Assembly: GCA_038078755.1 (NCBI GenBank)
Contig: JBBTSQ010000018.1
Span: 1 to 40,955 of the forward strand
Reading direction: 5' to 3'
From: Patescibacteria group bacterium
GTDB taxonomy: Bacteria; Patescibacteriota; Minisyncoccia; Phycocordibacterales; JBAYGS01
Length of the DNA stretch: 40,955 nt
A model generated the notes under the pieces. That model saw nothing but the letters and a program-made list of their open reading frames with translations. It searched no databases and was not told the DNA's origin. The position numbers and the translations under genes were made by a program. Position 1 is the stretch's first letter. Each line of letters starts with the position of its first letter. Shown here piece after piece: positions 27,881 to 37,266 of this stretch.

Positions 27881-29721
27881 TATTTTTTAGATGAACTCTT
27901 GTAGAGACTTTCAAGAGTAAGTATATCATCTTCAATGGCACGCAAGCCATCAATAAAGAACTGCGGATCAGTAATATCAATCCCCGCCTCCGCCCAAATG
28001 TCTTTCGGACTCTTGCTTCCACCTGCCGACAAGAAACTTTTGACCACAGACAAGTACTTCGGATCAGCGATGTATTTTCGATAGAGTGCCTTGCTGACGA
28101 GCTCGCCGTAGGCATAGGAGTAGACATAGAAAAACCGTCGGATATGTCCCCACGACACGAAAAAGTAGCCGTCATCGGGAGTGAGTGTTACTTGTGGTCC
28201 CAAATAGGCAGACATATGGGTATTGAGCAATTTCGCAATATCCTCTTTCGCCAACTCCCCTTTCTCGCGAATACCCATATGAAGCGCGTGTTCAAAATTG
28301 AAGCAGGCGATCTGTCTGAAAATGGTTGAGACGCTGTCATTGATTCTATCGTGAAGCGCAACCAGTTGCTCTTTTTTTGAAAGCGTTTTAAACACTGCAT
28401 CAAAAGCGAAGTTTTCAAAAAAGGTGCTGGCCACTTCGGCATTTGGCGTGGTGTAGCCGTCATAGAACGGGGTTTGTTTTTTTGACAGCTCGGTGTGGAT
28501 GGCGTGCCCCATCTCGTGCGCAAAAGTCAGTAATGAATTTTCAGTATCAATGTGATTCAAAAAGACCATGGTCGGCACACCGGTCGAGCCCGAACAAAAT
28601 GCTCCGCCCTCTTTACCTTTTTTCGGATAGACATCGATCTGGCCATTCGCCAGAAACCGATCGAGGATTGCCTTAAATTCAGGATCAAGATCGCCAAACG
28701 CTTTTCGCAAAATCTGCACACTATCCGCAAAAGTAAATTTTTTGGACACGGTGCCGAGCGGCGCCGCGCGATCCGCCCAGGTGAGCTTTTTCAAACCTAA
28801 TAATTTTGCTTTGATCGCGTAAAATCGCTGACTGATGTCAAAATGTTTCGTCACATTACTGACCAATGTTTCAACCATCGCCTCATCGTTTTGATGCCCC
28901 AGTACCACACCGCTGTATGGCTTGCTAAAGCCTCGCAGTAAATCATTAATTTTGTGGTTGATCACAATGGCATTGAGCTCGGCTTCGGCAGCAGGAGCGA
29001 TCCGTTTGTAGACGGTATTTAATTTTTTCTGGAGAAGCGCCCGATCGCGCGTCGCCAAGCTGCTCAACATAAACTGCGCCTCGCCGAGCGGGATCGATTT
29101 CCCTTTCCATTCGATTTCTTCGACAGAGAGCAATTTTTCAACACTCGATACCCAGAGGTCGTAGGCGGGTTGTGATTTGAGGTTCAAAATCTTTTCTTCA
29201 GGAAGGGTGAGTTGGTGCTTGCTCGCTTCAAATAGTCGAAAAAGAAAATAATGAAAATGTGAAAGACTTTTGTCGGCAAGCAACGTGTCTTTGTCTTTTT
29301 GTGATAGGGCGCCTAAAGCAAGGTCAAAGAATAAAATCTGGTTGTGAGCAAAGGTCACTCGTTCGGTCAGGCGGTTGATCATCGCGGAGACGACCCGATT
29401 GGTGCCATCGAGCGTTTTACAATAGTAGAGATACATCAATGGCTTGGTGCCGGAAATGTCAGCGCACAAGGCTTCATATTCTCCGAGTGCGGTTTTAAGA
29501 AAGACCGGGTCTGACAGCTTTTTGATCGAAGTCGAATACTTTTTGGCAAAATCCGCACAGAGCTTTTCGAGCGCCACGATATCCGTCTCAATCCTCGGAT
29601 CATTTGTTGAAGCATAAAAAAGGCTTAAATCCCAAGCTGTTTTTACCGCCATCTTTGACGACCCCGTCGTCAAAGATGCCTTTGTGCGGGCATTCTTTTT
29701 GTGTGTATTCACCATAGACAT
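27880..29721 (-). CDS. Oligoendopeptidase F (peptidase M3B)
   Basis: WDLS, KEGGAFC, HEMGH, AEVASTFFE, FYVYSYAYG; start may be 29715. Confidence 0.95.
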   Translation of the reverse strand: MSMVNTHKKNARTKASLTTGSSKMAVKTAWDLSLFYASTNDPRIETDIVALEKLCADFAKKYSTSIKKLSDPVFLKTALGEYEALCADISGTKPLMYLYYCKTLDGTNRVVSAMINRLTERVTFAHNQILFFDLALGALSQKDKDTLLADKSLSHFHYFLFRLFEASKHQLTLPEEKILNLKSQPAYDLWVSSVEKLLSVEEIEWKGKSIPLGEAQFMLSSLATRDRALLQKKLNTVYKRIAPAAEAELNAIVINHKINDLLRGFSKPYSGVVLGHQNDEAMVETLVSNVTKHFDISQRFYAIKAKLLGLKKLTWADRAAPLGTVSKKFTFADSVQILRKAFGDLDPEFKAILDRFLANGQIDVYPKKGKEGGAFCSGSTGVPTMVFLNHIDTENSLLTFAHEMGHAIHTELSKKQTPFYDGYTTPNAEVASTFFENFAFDAVFKTLSKKEQLVALHDRINDSVSTIFRQIACFNFEHALHMGIREKGELAKEDIAKLLNTHMSAYLGPQVTLTPDDGYFFVSWGHIRRFFYVYSYAYGELVSKALYRKYIADPKYLSVVKSFLSAGGSKSPKDIWAEAGIDITDPQFFIDGLRAIEDDILTLESLYKSSSKK

Positions 29722-29740
29722 ATAGTATCAGAGAGAAAAG

Positions 29741-29788
29741 AAAAAACCCAACAGATCGGCACAATGAAGTGCTTCCCTATTGGGTTTG
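29741..29788 (-). terminator. Terminator of the HTH-GHKL operon
   Basis: Minus strand aaacccaatag...ctgttgggtttttt. Confidence 0.65.
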
Positions 29789-29794
29789 CGTCTC

Positions 29795-31498
29795 TTACTC
29801 AGTGTTTTTCTTGCGACCGGGCTTCTTGCCGGTAATCGTGTGCCCAGACACGATCATGGCTTCAATAATCGGCCCCATCTGTTCATCAAAGGCCAATTGA
29901 TTCCATTCGCGAGTTTCGGCAGGCAACGTCTCGAGAGTCAGCGCTTGAATCGCGCAGAACAACTCGAGCCTAGCAAGATGTTCATCCTTGCCCGCGCAGA
30001 GTTGCCAATGAGGGTGCCGATCGTTGAAATCAAGGATACCGGTCTGGACATCCAATTCATACAACCTCGGACTGCCCGCCATCATGCTGGTCCGGAACAT
30101 CAGTCCCAGACTGCCGTGCTTCACCAATTTGCGCTCCGAACCTTTCGGTCCAGCCACCACAAACGGATGATGTCCATCCTTTTCGGTCTTGGGATCTGGG
30201 CGATCTCCACCACCCTCTTTACGATCACCCCGAGGAGTTCCCGGTTGACCAGTGAGCGAAGTGGCGGTAGTCGTGTCACCCGCAACATTGCGTTTGGAAG
30301 GAGGCACGTGACCGGGACCAACATTCCCCAAGCTGAAGCTATTGATGACCCTCATCAGGCCAGCGAAGCGTTCATTATTCTTGAGGAGGCTAGCCAGCTT
30401 TTGGATAGTGCGCAGACCGATATCTTGGTAACGCTCGTCTTGCCGGTCTGCTTGGATTTGAGCAAAATACTCTCTCCCGACAGTGGCATACCACTCATTG
30501 AGTGTGTCACACCATTCGCACAAGGTCTCGTTTTCAACGAACTGCTTGCGACTGACGTGAAGCTGGATATTGCGACCCAGAATCTCGCCCTCGAACAATC
30601 CGCTGGTCAACACCTCGACTGCTTCTGGCATAATCCACCCCGAGGGGATAGATTTAAGACACTGCTTGAGTGTGAAGCGATAGGGATTACCAATCACTCC
30701 CACCTGCACAGTGCCCTTCCGTCCACGCTCACTCTTGGGAGCGATGAACATCCGGAACAGGGTGTCACCAGACTTCTCGCGAGAAATACTGACCTCGCGA
30801 AGCTTTTCACCGAAAAACTTTCTTCCGGTAAACTTCCGTTCCTCAACGTGGCCGTCGGCGTCAGAGAACTTAATCTCCACCCACACCGGCCGTTCGAGCA
30901 ACATCACATTGAACCGATCAATGATGTTCTCCACAAGACTCTCCAGAGACAATCGGCCTTTGACACCATCAGTGGTGGTATCGATCAGGCGGACTTCGGT
31001 GTTCCACGGAACAGCCTCATCGCCCCGAACAACCTTGTTGGGCACAATGACCTGTTCACGCATCTGTTCGATATCTGCAGTGACAAATGTCCACCGAGTA
31101 AACGGTTTACCACTGTCGCGTTTGCGCGAGGTAAACGTGTTTTGCCCACACTTGCGAAGCGGACTGATCAACCCTTGGCCAAATTGGCCATAGGCAGTGT
31201 CATTTTCACTCTTGAGCGTCATGCACACAGACTGAAGTGCTCTATCAAAATCTTCCTTGTCAGTGCCGCAACCGTTGTCACGGATGATCACCAGATGGGA
31301 TTTTTGATAGACCTCAATCCATATCCTAGTCGCTTGAGCATCAATCGCATTTTGGCCTTGCTCATAAATGACTTCTGCCAAGGTAGCGTAATCATCTGCC
31401 AAACGACAGAGTGCCATACCGGCGTGAAATTGCACCAAACTCCTGTTGGGAGGCGTGGGCAACTGAAACCGACGAGAACGAGGCAACATGGTAGTCAT
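29795..31498 (-). CDS. GHKL-family ATPase (HSP90/MORC-like N-terminal domain)
   Basis: EQGQNAIDA (N box), IRDNGCG (G1), GQFGQG (G2), NTEVRL; C-terminal FNDRHPHW. Confidence 0.85.
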   Translation of the reverse strand: MTTMLPRSRRFQLPTPPNRSLVQFHAGMALCRLADDYATLAEVIYEQGQNAIDAQATRIWIEVYQKSHLVIIRDNGCGTDKEDFDRALQSVCMTLKSENDTAYGQFGQGLISPLRKCGQNTFTSRKRDSGKPFTRWTFVTADIEQMREQVIVPNKVVRGDEAVPWNTEVRLIDTTTDGVKGRLSLESLVENIIDRFNVMLLERPVWVEIKFSDADGHVEERKFTGRKFFGEKLREVSISREKSGDTLFRMFIAPKSERGRKGTVQVGVIGNPYRFTLKQCLKSIPSGWIMPEAVEVLTSGLFEGEILGRNIQLHVSRKQFVENETLCEWCDTLNEWYATVGREYFAQIQADRQDERYQDIGLRTIQKLASLLKNNERFAGLMRVINSFSLGNVGPGHVPPSKRNVAGDTTTATSLTGQPGTPRGDRKEGGGDRPDPKTEKDGHHPFVVAGPKGSERKLVKHGSLGLMFRTSMMAGSPRLYELDVQTGILDFNDRHPHWQLCAGKDEHLARLELFCAIQALTLETLPAETREWNQLAFDEQMGPIIEAMIVSGHTITGKKPGRKKNTE

Positions 31499-31532
31499 AC
31501 TTCTTGTTCTTTCTGTTTGTTGTTTATCGCGA

Positions 31533-32294
31533 TTACTTTAGGCCCAAGAAATGACGCTTCCGAGCATCATCGCTACAGAGCCAGTTCATCAGGTTTGCTG
31601 TGTCAAACATTTCCTTTGCACTACCTACCAATCTGCGGAATTCTTCCCGCTCTTTGTCGGTAAATGCTTGAGAATTGACCATTGTTGCTAACGGCTTTAC
31701 CGCTCGCATCAAATGCGCCAACGATTGAAGAACCAAAGCGTGTTCGTCTTGAGAACTACTGGTCGAGTGGCTTGGCGACGGTTGTGGCAACACCGGCAGA
31801 GGCTTTTCAGGTGCATGAGTTGCACCATCAATCACTTGATCGCGACCGTGCTTGATACCGACCTCTGCTTCCAAACGCTTTTTGATCAGCGTATCCCGAT
31901 GGGTAGCCAAATATTCGCGGAGCTTCCCTAGGGATTCTTCCATTGGCTTGGTCCTGCCAAACACCACGCGAAAGACGCCTTTGGTATTTGTATAGCCGAG
32001 ACCGGCAATTGCTTCATCCATCGTAATGATTCGGTGCGCAAGAAGCGCGCCGAAATCACGAATTTCTTGATCAAGCTTGTCGTGGGCCGGAATCTTGTAT
32101 CCCTTGAGAGACAAGAAGTTTCGGACCGCAAGTAACGAGAAGCCGATAGGATAATTTTCTCCCGATTTCCAGCGTCGCACCGTCGCTTCACTGACCCGCG
32201 TAAAGAAAGCGAGTAGTTGCACTTCCTGCGGATGCCTGTCAAAGAAGTCTTTGAGACCCTCTTCGGTTCCAGGATCCTTTACGATTGCTTGCAT
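31533..32294 (-). CDS. XRE-like helix-turn-helix protein
   Basis: LAFFTRVSEATVRRWKSGENYP; possible second HTH AGLGYTNTKGVFRVVFGRTKP; GAAAGG RBS. Confidence 0.7.
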   Translation of the reverse strand: MQAIVKDPGTEEGLKDFFDRHPQEVQLLAFFTRVSEATVRRWKSGENYPIGFSLLAVRNFLSLKGYKIPAHDKLDQEIRDFGALLAHRIITMDEAIAGLGYTNTKGVFRVVFGRTKPMEESLGKLREYLATHRDTLIKKRLEAEVGIKHGRDQVIDGATHAPEKPLPVLPQPSPSHSTSSSQDEHALVLQSLAHLMRAVKPLATMVNSQAFTDKEREEFRRLVGSAKEMFDTANLMNWLCSDDARKRHFLGLK

Positions 32295-32384
32295 TTTAGT
32301 GTCCTTTCCTTTCGATTTTTTCTGAATTAACGTAGTAGATGCGAAGCATCACCAATCCAGACAAAATCACCTCGAAAACACTGA

Positions 32385-32438
32385 GTTTTCAAAGATCATT
32401 CCATCGACAAGTATAGCAAAATAGTCAATTTATGTCAA
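32385..32438 (-). promoter_or_regulatory. Consensus sigma70 promoter plus boxA-like element
   Basis: TTGACA-17-TATACT with TG extension; TGATCTTTGAAAAC at 32398-32385. Confidence 0.85.
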
Positions 32439-32513
32439 TATTGTTATTCGAGATATATTGATTTCTAATACAAATCGGCTTTTCACCTCAAAATGTGTTA
32501 AAATAGAACCGCT

Positions 32514-33080
32514 ATGGCTCGAAAATTATTCATCGGCCTGTCGATAGAATTTGGACCGATTGTGGTGTTCTTTCTGACCGCCAAACGGCTCGGGTTTATT
32601 GAATCGACCGCCCTTTTTGTGGCGCTCACCGGAGTCTCCCTCATCTACGCCTTTTTCAAAGAGCGCAGAATTGCCTATTTTCCACTAGTTGCCGGCGCTT
32701 CGGTCATTATTTCGGGGGTTGCTACACTGGTTTACAATGAGCCCTTGTATTTAATTGTGAAAGATAGTGTCTATAACGGCGTGTTTGCATTGGTGCTGAT
32801 TTCGGGACTAATCCAAGGCCGCGGTAGGCTGAAAAAAATGTTCGGCTATTTATTTTCAATGACCGACACCGGCTGGAAGATTTTGTCTTTACGGTGGGCA
32901 CTGTTTTTTATTATCCTGACTATCGGCAACGAAATTGTATGGCGAAATTTTGATGAAATCGCATGGGTGGCATACAAAGGCTACTCGACCTTCGCCACTA
33001 TTATTTTCGCGCTCTACCAATTCACCCTCGCTCGAAAATATCGTCTGCCAGAAGCGAGCTCATGGGGGATGAAAAAGTAG
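32514..33080 (+). CDS. YciB/IspZ family inner-membrane protein
   Basis: EFGPIVVFF, GWKILSLRWALFF, NEIVWR, WVAYK. Confidence 0.88.
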   Translation: MARKLFIGLSIEFGPIVVFFLTAKRLGFIESTALFVALTGVSLIYAFFKERRIAYFPLVAGASVIISGVATLVYNEPLYLIVKDSVYNGVFALVLISGLIQGRGRLKKMFGYLFSMTDTGWKILSLRWALFFIILTIGNEIVWRNFDEIAWVAYKGYSTFATIIFALYQFTLARKYRLPEASSWGMKK

Positions 33081-33093
33081 TCACAACAAAAAC

Positions 33094-33134
33094 AGCTGAA
33101 ACTTTCGTCGGCACGAGAGTTGTTTCAGCTTTTT
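33094..33134. terminator. Hairpin between convergent genes
   Basis: agctgaaac...gtttcagct with A/T flanks. Confidence 0.65.
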
Positions 33135-33387
33135 ACTTAATCGCACCTTCTTTTTTAAGGAGCGTGCGCTTTTTTGATGCACCACGATTGTACTCACCAA
33201 GACTGCCATCACTTCGAATGACGCGGTGACACGGAATCTTCGGATCGAAATTGGTTTTGAGAATCGCTCCAACTGCTCGAGCGGCTTTTGGTTTGCCCGC
33301 TTGTTTTGCCACATAGCCGTAGGTCGCCACCGACCCTTTGGGAATAGTCGAAACATACGCAAGCACTTTTTGACGGAAAGTTAGCAT
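33133..33387 (-). CDS. MGMT family O6-alkylguanine alkyltransferase (C-terminal domain only)
   Basis: IPKGSVATYG, AARAVG, active-site IPCHRV. Confidence 0.92.
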   Translation of the reverse strand: MLTFRQKVLAYVSTIPKGSVATYGYVAKQAGKPKAARAVGAILKTNFDPKIPCHRVIRSDGSLGEYNRGASKKRTLLKKEGAIK

Positions 33388-34199
33388 ACCAACTTTATCT
33401 CCTCCAAAATTCCCGGGATCTTCTCTGCACGGATACCCGCCGTTTTCAAAGCGCTTTCAGTGTTGATCGATCGGCACAGCACTTTTCCGGAAGCGAGTAA
33501 ATCTCTTTTTTCAACATTCGAAAGTCCGCTAATCGCAGTCACTGGATGCAGACCTGCCCCTTCAATCATATGATGTAAATTACCTTTTGCAGGATAATTC
33601 CATCCGATCATCGAAAGTCCCGCGCAAACACCGTAATCAATAGCGGTTGAAGTAAATTTAGTATTAGTAACGAGCAGTGCATGGGAAAGCTTTCGGGTCT
33701 TACCACCAAACTCATACTCCCGCCCCCTTAGATCATCGAACCGTGCCTTCACATAGAGTGCCACTTTTAAATCAGATTTTAAATCAAACTCATTATGAAA
33801 TTTGGCTTCAATAAAAATGAGCTCATCGCCTTTCCATGCCACCACATCCATCTCATGCGGGACACATTTACCTTGCACAATCACCCCCGTCACCGTCTCA
33901 TACCCAGAGGCTTTGTAGAGCTCTGCAACAAATTTTTCGAACGGAAAGCCAGATGGACCAAGCTCAGCGATAGCGTGACGGAGTGAGTATGAGATCGCGA
34001 CTGGTTTAGTCTGCCTACGGAGCAATTCAAAGGCGTGGCGATAAATATGCGAAGTGGGCATTTCATCTTTCAGCTCCCCTTCAATATGAGTGGCAATATC
34101 GGCCGCCGCTTCTGGTGCCGCTCCCGACCGCACCAAAGACGCCATCAATTTTTCTGGATTAAAGGGCTCGAGACTTCCGTCAGACTTTTTGATACGCAT
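33381..34199 (-). CDS. ATP-cone plus Mrr-like PD-(D/E)xK nuclease domain protein
   Basis: IKKSDGSLEPFNPEKL (ATP cone); GFPFEKFVA, EMDVVA, IEAK, LVTNTKFT. Confidence 0.85.
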   Translation of the reverse strand: MRIKKSDGSLEPFNPEKLMASLVRSGAAPEAAADIATHIEGELKDEMPTSHIYRHAFELLRRQTKPVAISYSLRHAIAELGPSGFPFEKFVAELYKASGYETVTGVIVQGKCVPHEMDVVAWKGDELIFIEAKFHNEFDLKSDLKVALYVKARFDDLRGREYEFGGKTRKLSHALLVTNTKFTSTAIDYGVCAGLSMIGWNYPAKGNLHHMIEGAGLHPVTAISGLSNVEKRDLLASGKVLCRSINTESALKTAGIRAEKIPGILEEIKLVC

Positions 34200-34260
34200 A
34201 GGAAACAGTATAACAAACAACTTACAACTTACAATCAACAATCAGAAAAAGATAAAAGAC

Positions 34261-34292
34261 GTCACTTCTATACTTAGAAGTACAGAAGTGAC
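34261..34292. repeat. Second copy of the ACTTCTATA..TAGAAGT hairpin
   Basis: gtcacttctatacttagaagtacagaagtgac. Confidence 0.75.
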
Positions 34293-34308
34293 AGGTGCGC
34301 TTGGAGAA

Positions 34309-35550
34309 TTAAGAAATGACACCGCCGCCGATACAAGTGTCGTTGAGATAAAATACCGCGGACTGACCAGAGGTGATAGTGCTTTGGGGACGCGCGAAAT
34401 GAAATACCGCCTTTTGTGCTGTAATGGAGACTACTGTTACCGGTTCAAGCGTCTGGCGATAGCGAGTACGAACAAAAAACGAATCTCCCGCTTTTGGCGT
34501 CTCACCGATCCAATTCATTTTTATACACGTCATTTCAGACACTGCTCCGGAAAGACCGCCGTCAGGCTTTTTGTGAGAAACGGTTATGGTATTTTTCTTC
34601 ACATCTTTCGCCACCACATAGTACGGTGTATCGAGAGTGGTCTTTTGGGTAATAGTGAATCCATGTCGTTCGCCGATAGTGAGAAACGTCGCTCCGTCGT
34701 GTGAGCCGATTTCTTTTCCCTCAACAGAAAGTACTTTTCCTTTTTTTGTCGGTATTGATCGCTTGAGGAAATCTTTAATATCAATCTTGCCAATAAAGCA
34801 CAGGCCCTGACTGTCTTTTTTGTCGGCGGTAATTAAACCAAATTTTTTCGCCAGCCTTCGCACCTCCGGTTTTTCGATATTCCCCACGGGAAAAAGAGTG
34901 TGAGCGAGTTGTTCTTGTGAGAGCGTCCAGAGGAAATACGATTGGTCTTTGTTTTTATCCAAACCAGTTAATAGTTGATATTCTTTAATTTTTATCTTTA
35001 AATTATTTTTTTTTGATTGCGAGTTGTTTGCTCCGACGTTTCGTAAAAGTCGGAGTTCCGACCGGAGCGTCGGAATTGTGAGTTGTTTGTTTGGCATCAC
35101 CTGAGCATAATGACCGGTAGCAACAAAATCAGCTCCTTGATTCATCGCCCATTTGTAGAACCCCCCAAATTTCACCGACCGATTGCACGCCACATCTGGG
35201 TTTGGCGTTCGCCCCGCTTTGTATTCAGCAATCATATAATCCACCACTTCTTTTTTATACTCTTTTTCAAGATCGAGCGTCACAAACGGAATACCGAGCT
35301 TTGCCGCCACCCGCATGGCATCGAGGCGGTCTTCTCGCCAAGTGCACGGTAGCCAATCTGGCGACCAAACTTTGATAAATACACCAGTCACGTCATAGCC
35401 CCTAAACCCCTTCGGGGTCGGGCGACCAAATAATTTTTCAAAATTATTTGGTGTAGCCAGCTTGAGTAGTGCGGCAGAGACGGAGCTATCAACCCCGCCG
35501 GACAGACCCACATATACCTTCTTCCGCTGTTTACTATCTTGACGATTCAT
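34309..35550 (-). CDS. mnmA: tRNA-specific 2-thiouridylase MnmA (with two insertions)
   Basis: SGGVDS, TPNPDVACN, ATGHYA, KDQSYFL, DSQGLCF, GQSAVFY; start at ATG 35550, 7 nt after TAGCAT. Confidence 0.97.
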   Translation of the reverse strand: MNRQDSKQRKKVYVGLSGGVDSSVSAALLKLATPNNFEKLFGRPTPKGFRGYDVTGVFIKVWSPDWLPCTWREDRLDAMRVAAKLGIPFVTLDLEKEYKKEVVDYMIAEYKAGRTPNPDVACNRSVKFGGFYKWAMNQGADFVATGHYAQVMPNKQLTIPTLRSELRLLRNVGANNSQSKKNNLKIKIKEYQLLTGLDKNKDQSYFLWTLSQEQLAHTLFPVGNIEKPEVRRLAKKFGLITADKKDSQGLCFIGKIDIKDFLKRSIPTKKGKVLSVEGKEIGSHDGATFLTIGERHGFTITQKTTLDTPYYVVAKDVKKNTITVSHKKPDGGLSGAVSEMTCIKMNWIGETPKAGDSFFVRTRYRQTLEPVTVVSITAQKAVFHFARPQSTITSGQSAVFYLNDTCIGGGVIS

Positions 35551-35601
35551 TTTTGCTATGCTATCACTATAGATGGAAAAACTCAACAGAAAGGTAGTTC
35601 T

Positions 35602-36048
35602 ATGAAAAAGACGATAACAGCAAAACCTTCACTTCGTGGTTGGAAAATGCAGCTTCGCGCACATCTTAAAAAGATGACTATCTCATCGAAATTTAAGAAG
35701 CTTGACCCAGATTGGAGAGAGGGTGCATTCGATGGAATTGTCGCCGGAGTGACATTTTGTATCCAAAAAGACCTCCCGATAATCCCCTCGACATTGGCAC
35801 GAGATTTCGATATGGGAAGTGAAAATCGGTGTCTTCTTGCAAAAGCAGGTCAAACTACCCTAAAGCAGGTCTGCTCGCGCTTCAAACTAAATCTCGCAGA
35901 TCTTGAGGAAATGGAATGCACGTGGTGCCGCGCTTCACCCAGCGACTCTTCCTACACCACCTACTGGACATGGGAGGAAATTGCAAACTTCCTTTGGCGC
36001 GCCACCGGCCGGTTCTTCAAGGCTCATCCCGAATTTGGGGTGAATTAA
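35602..36048 (+). CDS. Hypothetical protein
   Basis: GAAAGG RBS; TTGACG at 35539 overlapping the mnmA start; hairpin gtctcgcttatt/aataagcgagac at 36055-36095. Confidence 0.7.
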   Translation: MKKTITAKPSLRGWKMQLRAHLKKMTISSKFKKLDPDWREGAFDGIVAGVTFCIQKDLPIIPSTLARDFDMGSENRCLLAKAGQTTLKQVCSRFKLNLADLEEMECTWCRASPSDSSYTTYWTWEEIANFLWRATGRFFKAHPEFGVN

Positions 36049-36167
36049 AGTCTAGTCTCGCTTATTCCCTCGCAGACTCGAGAATAAGCGAGACACCGGG
36101 GTAGACTTTTTTGTAGAAGAATCGGCCTCCGCCGATACTGAGTCAGTTACAATATGTTCTTTTTCGC

Positions 36168-36198
36168 AAGGGCGAGCGGTACTCCGCTCGCCTTTTTT
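36168..36198. terminator. Terminator-like hairpin between convergent genes
   Basis: agggcgagcgg-tact-ccgctcgcctt followed by T run. Confidence 0.7.
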
Positions 36199-36243
36199 CT
36201 ATTTTCTCATTGTTAGTTGTTGGTTGTAAGTTGTGGGTTTGCT

Positions 36244-37239
36244 TCACAAATACCTCTCCTTATTCCTCACGTGCTCCTCAAACGTCTTGGCGTAATGCAT
36301 TTCCCCATCTTTGTCAGACAAATAAAATAAGTACGGGCTGGCAATCGGGGTCAGCACCGCCTTGAGTGAATCAAGTCCTGGGCTTGAAATCGGTCCTTTC
36401 GGTAGACCTTTGTACTTGTAGGTATTGTATGGGGAGTCAATCGCCAAATCTTCGGTAGTCAATTGATAGGTATTTTTGCCATTAATATACGGGAACACCG
36501 CATCAACTTGAAGTGGCATACCAATCGACAACCGCTTCCACAAAATTCCTGCCACAATTCGTCGAGTTTCAGTGGTGCGAGCTTCTTCTTCAACCAATGA
36601 GGCCATAATCACCACATCTTTGAGTGTTTTTTTAAATCGAGTGATATCGTTTTGTATCACCGTGGTTGCTTTCACAAAATTCTTCTCCATCGCAGACACC
36701 ACGGTAGTCGCAGTCTCGTTGGGTAAAAAATTATAGGTGTCTGGAAACAAAAATCCCTCTTTTGCTTCGGCAAGTTTTAAAAAATCTTTGGTATTGAACA
36801 ATGGCAGTGCCTCGTCAAACAACTCTGCCATTTCTTTTACCGATGTCCCTTCGGGGATAGTAACCTTGATCGGCTCCAGTCGGCTATCGCCTGAAGTCAA
36901 TCTGCCAGCAATTGAAAACACATTTTCTCGAGTCGGAAAGGCATACTCTCCGGCCAATAGCCCCTTTGTCCCACCGAGAAGCACCACGAATGTTTTTAAC
37001 CAAAATGGCGAGATAATCAGATTCTTTTTATATAATTCCTCCGCAACGCTCGAAAGTCCTCGCCCAGAAGCGATGCGTATAAATGTTTGTTGCGGAAATG
37101 ATGTCGGCGCGCGCCATACCAGCCCATAGAAAATTGCTGAAACTGTCGCTCCGCAAAAAAGTAGAAAGAAAAATAATCGCACGAGAGATACCTCCTTCCA
37201 AAAGAGCTTGAAATCAGCAATGCGTCTTTGAAAACCCAT
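36244..37239 (-). CDS. mltG: Endolytic transglycosylase MltG
   Basis: N-terminal TM, VTIPEG, EGFLFPDTY, ASLVEEE, SPYNTY..GLP.GPI. Confidence 0.95.
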   Translation of the reverse strand: MGFQRRIADFKLFWKEVSLVRLFFFLLFCGATVSAIFYGLVWRAPTSFPQQTFIRIASGRGLSSVAEELYKKNLIISPFWLKTFVVLLGGTKGLLAGEYAFPTRENVFSIAGRLTSGDSRLEPIKVTIPEGTSVKEMAELFDEALPLFNTKDFLKLAEAKEGFLFPDTYNFLPNETATTVVSAMEKNFVKATTVIQNDITRFKKTLKDVVIMASLVEEEARTTETRRIVAGILWKRLSIGMPLQVDAVFPYINGKNTYQLTTEDLAIDSPYNTYKYKGLPKGPISSPGLDSLKAVLTPIASPYLFYLSDKDGEMHYAKTFEEHVRNKERYL

Positions 37240-37266
37240 AAAATAAAGATCGAGATATCAACAACA

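Noticed and set aside
29780-31663. 627-aa plus-strand ORF
   Set aside because: It is an antisense shadow of the GHKL ATPase, has no motifs, and the promoter, RBS and terminator all serve the minus strand.
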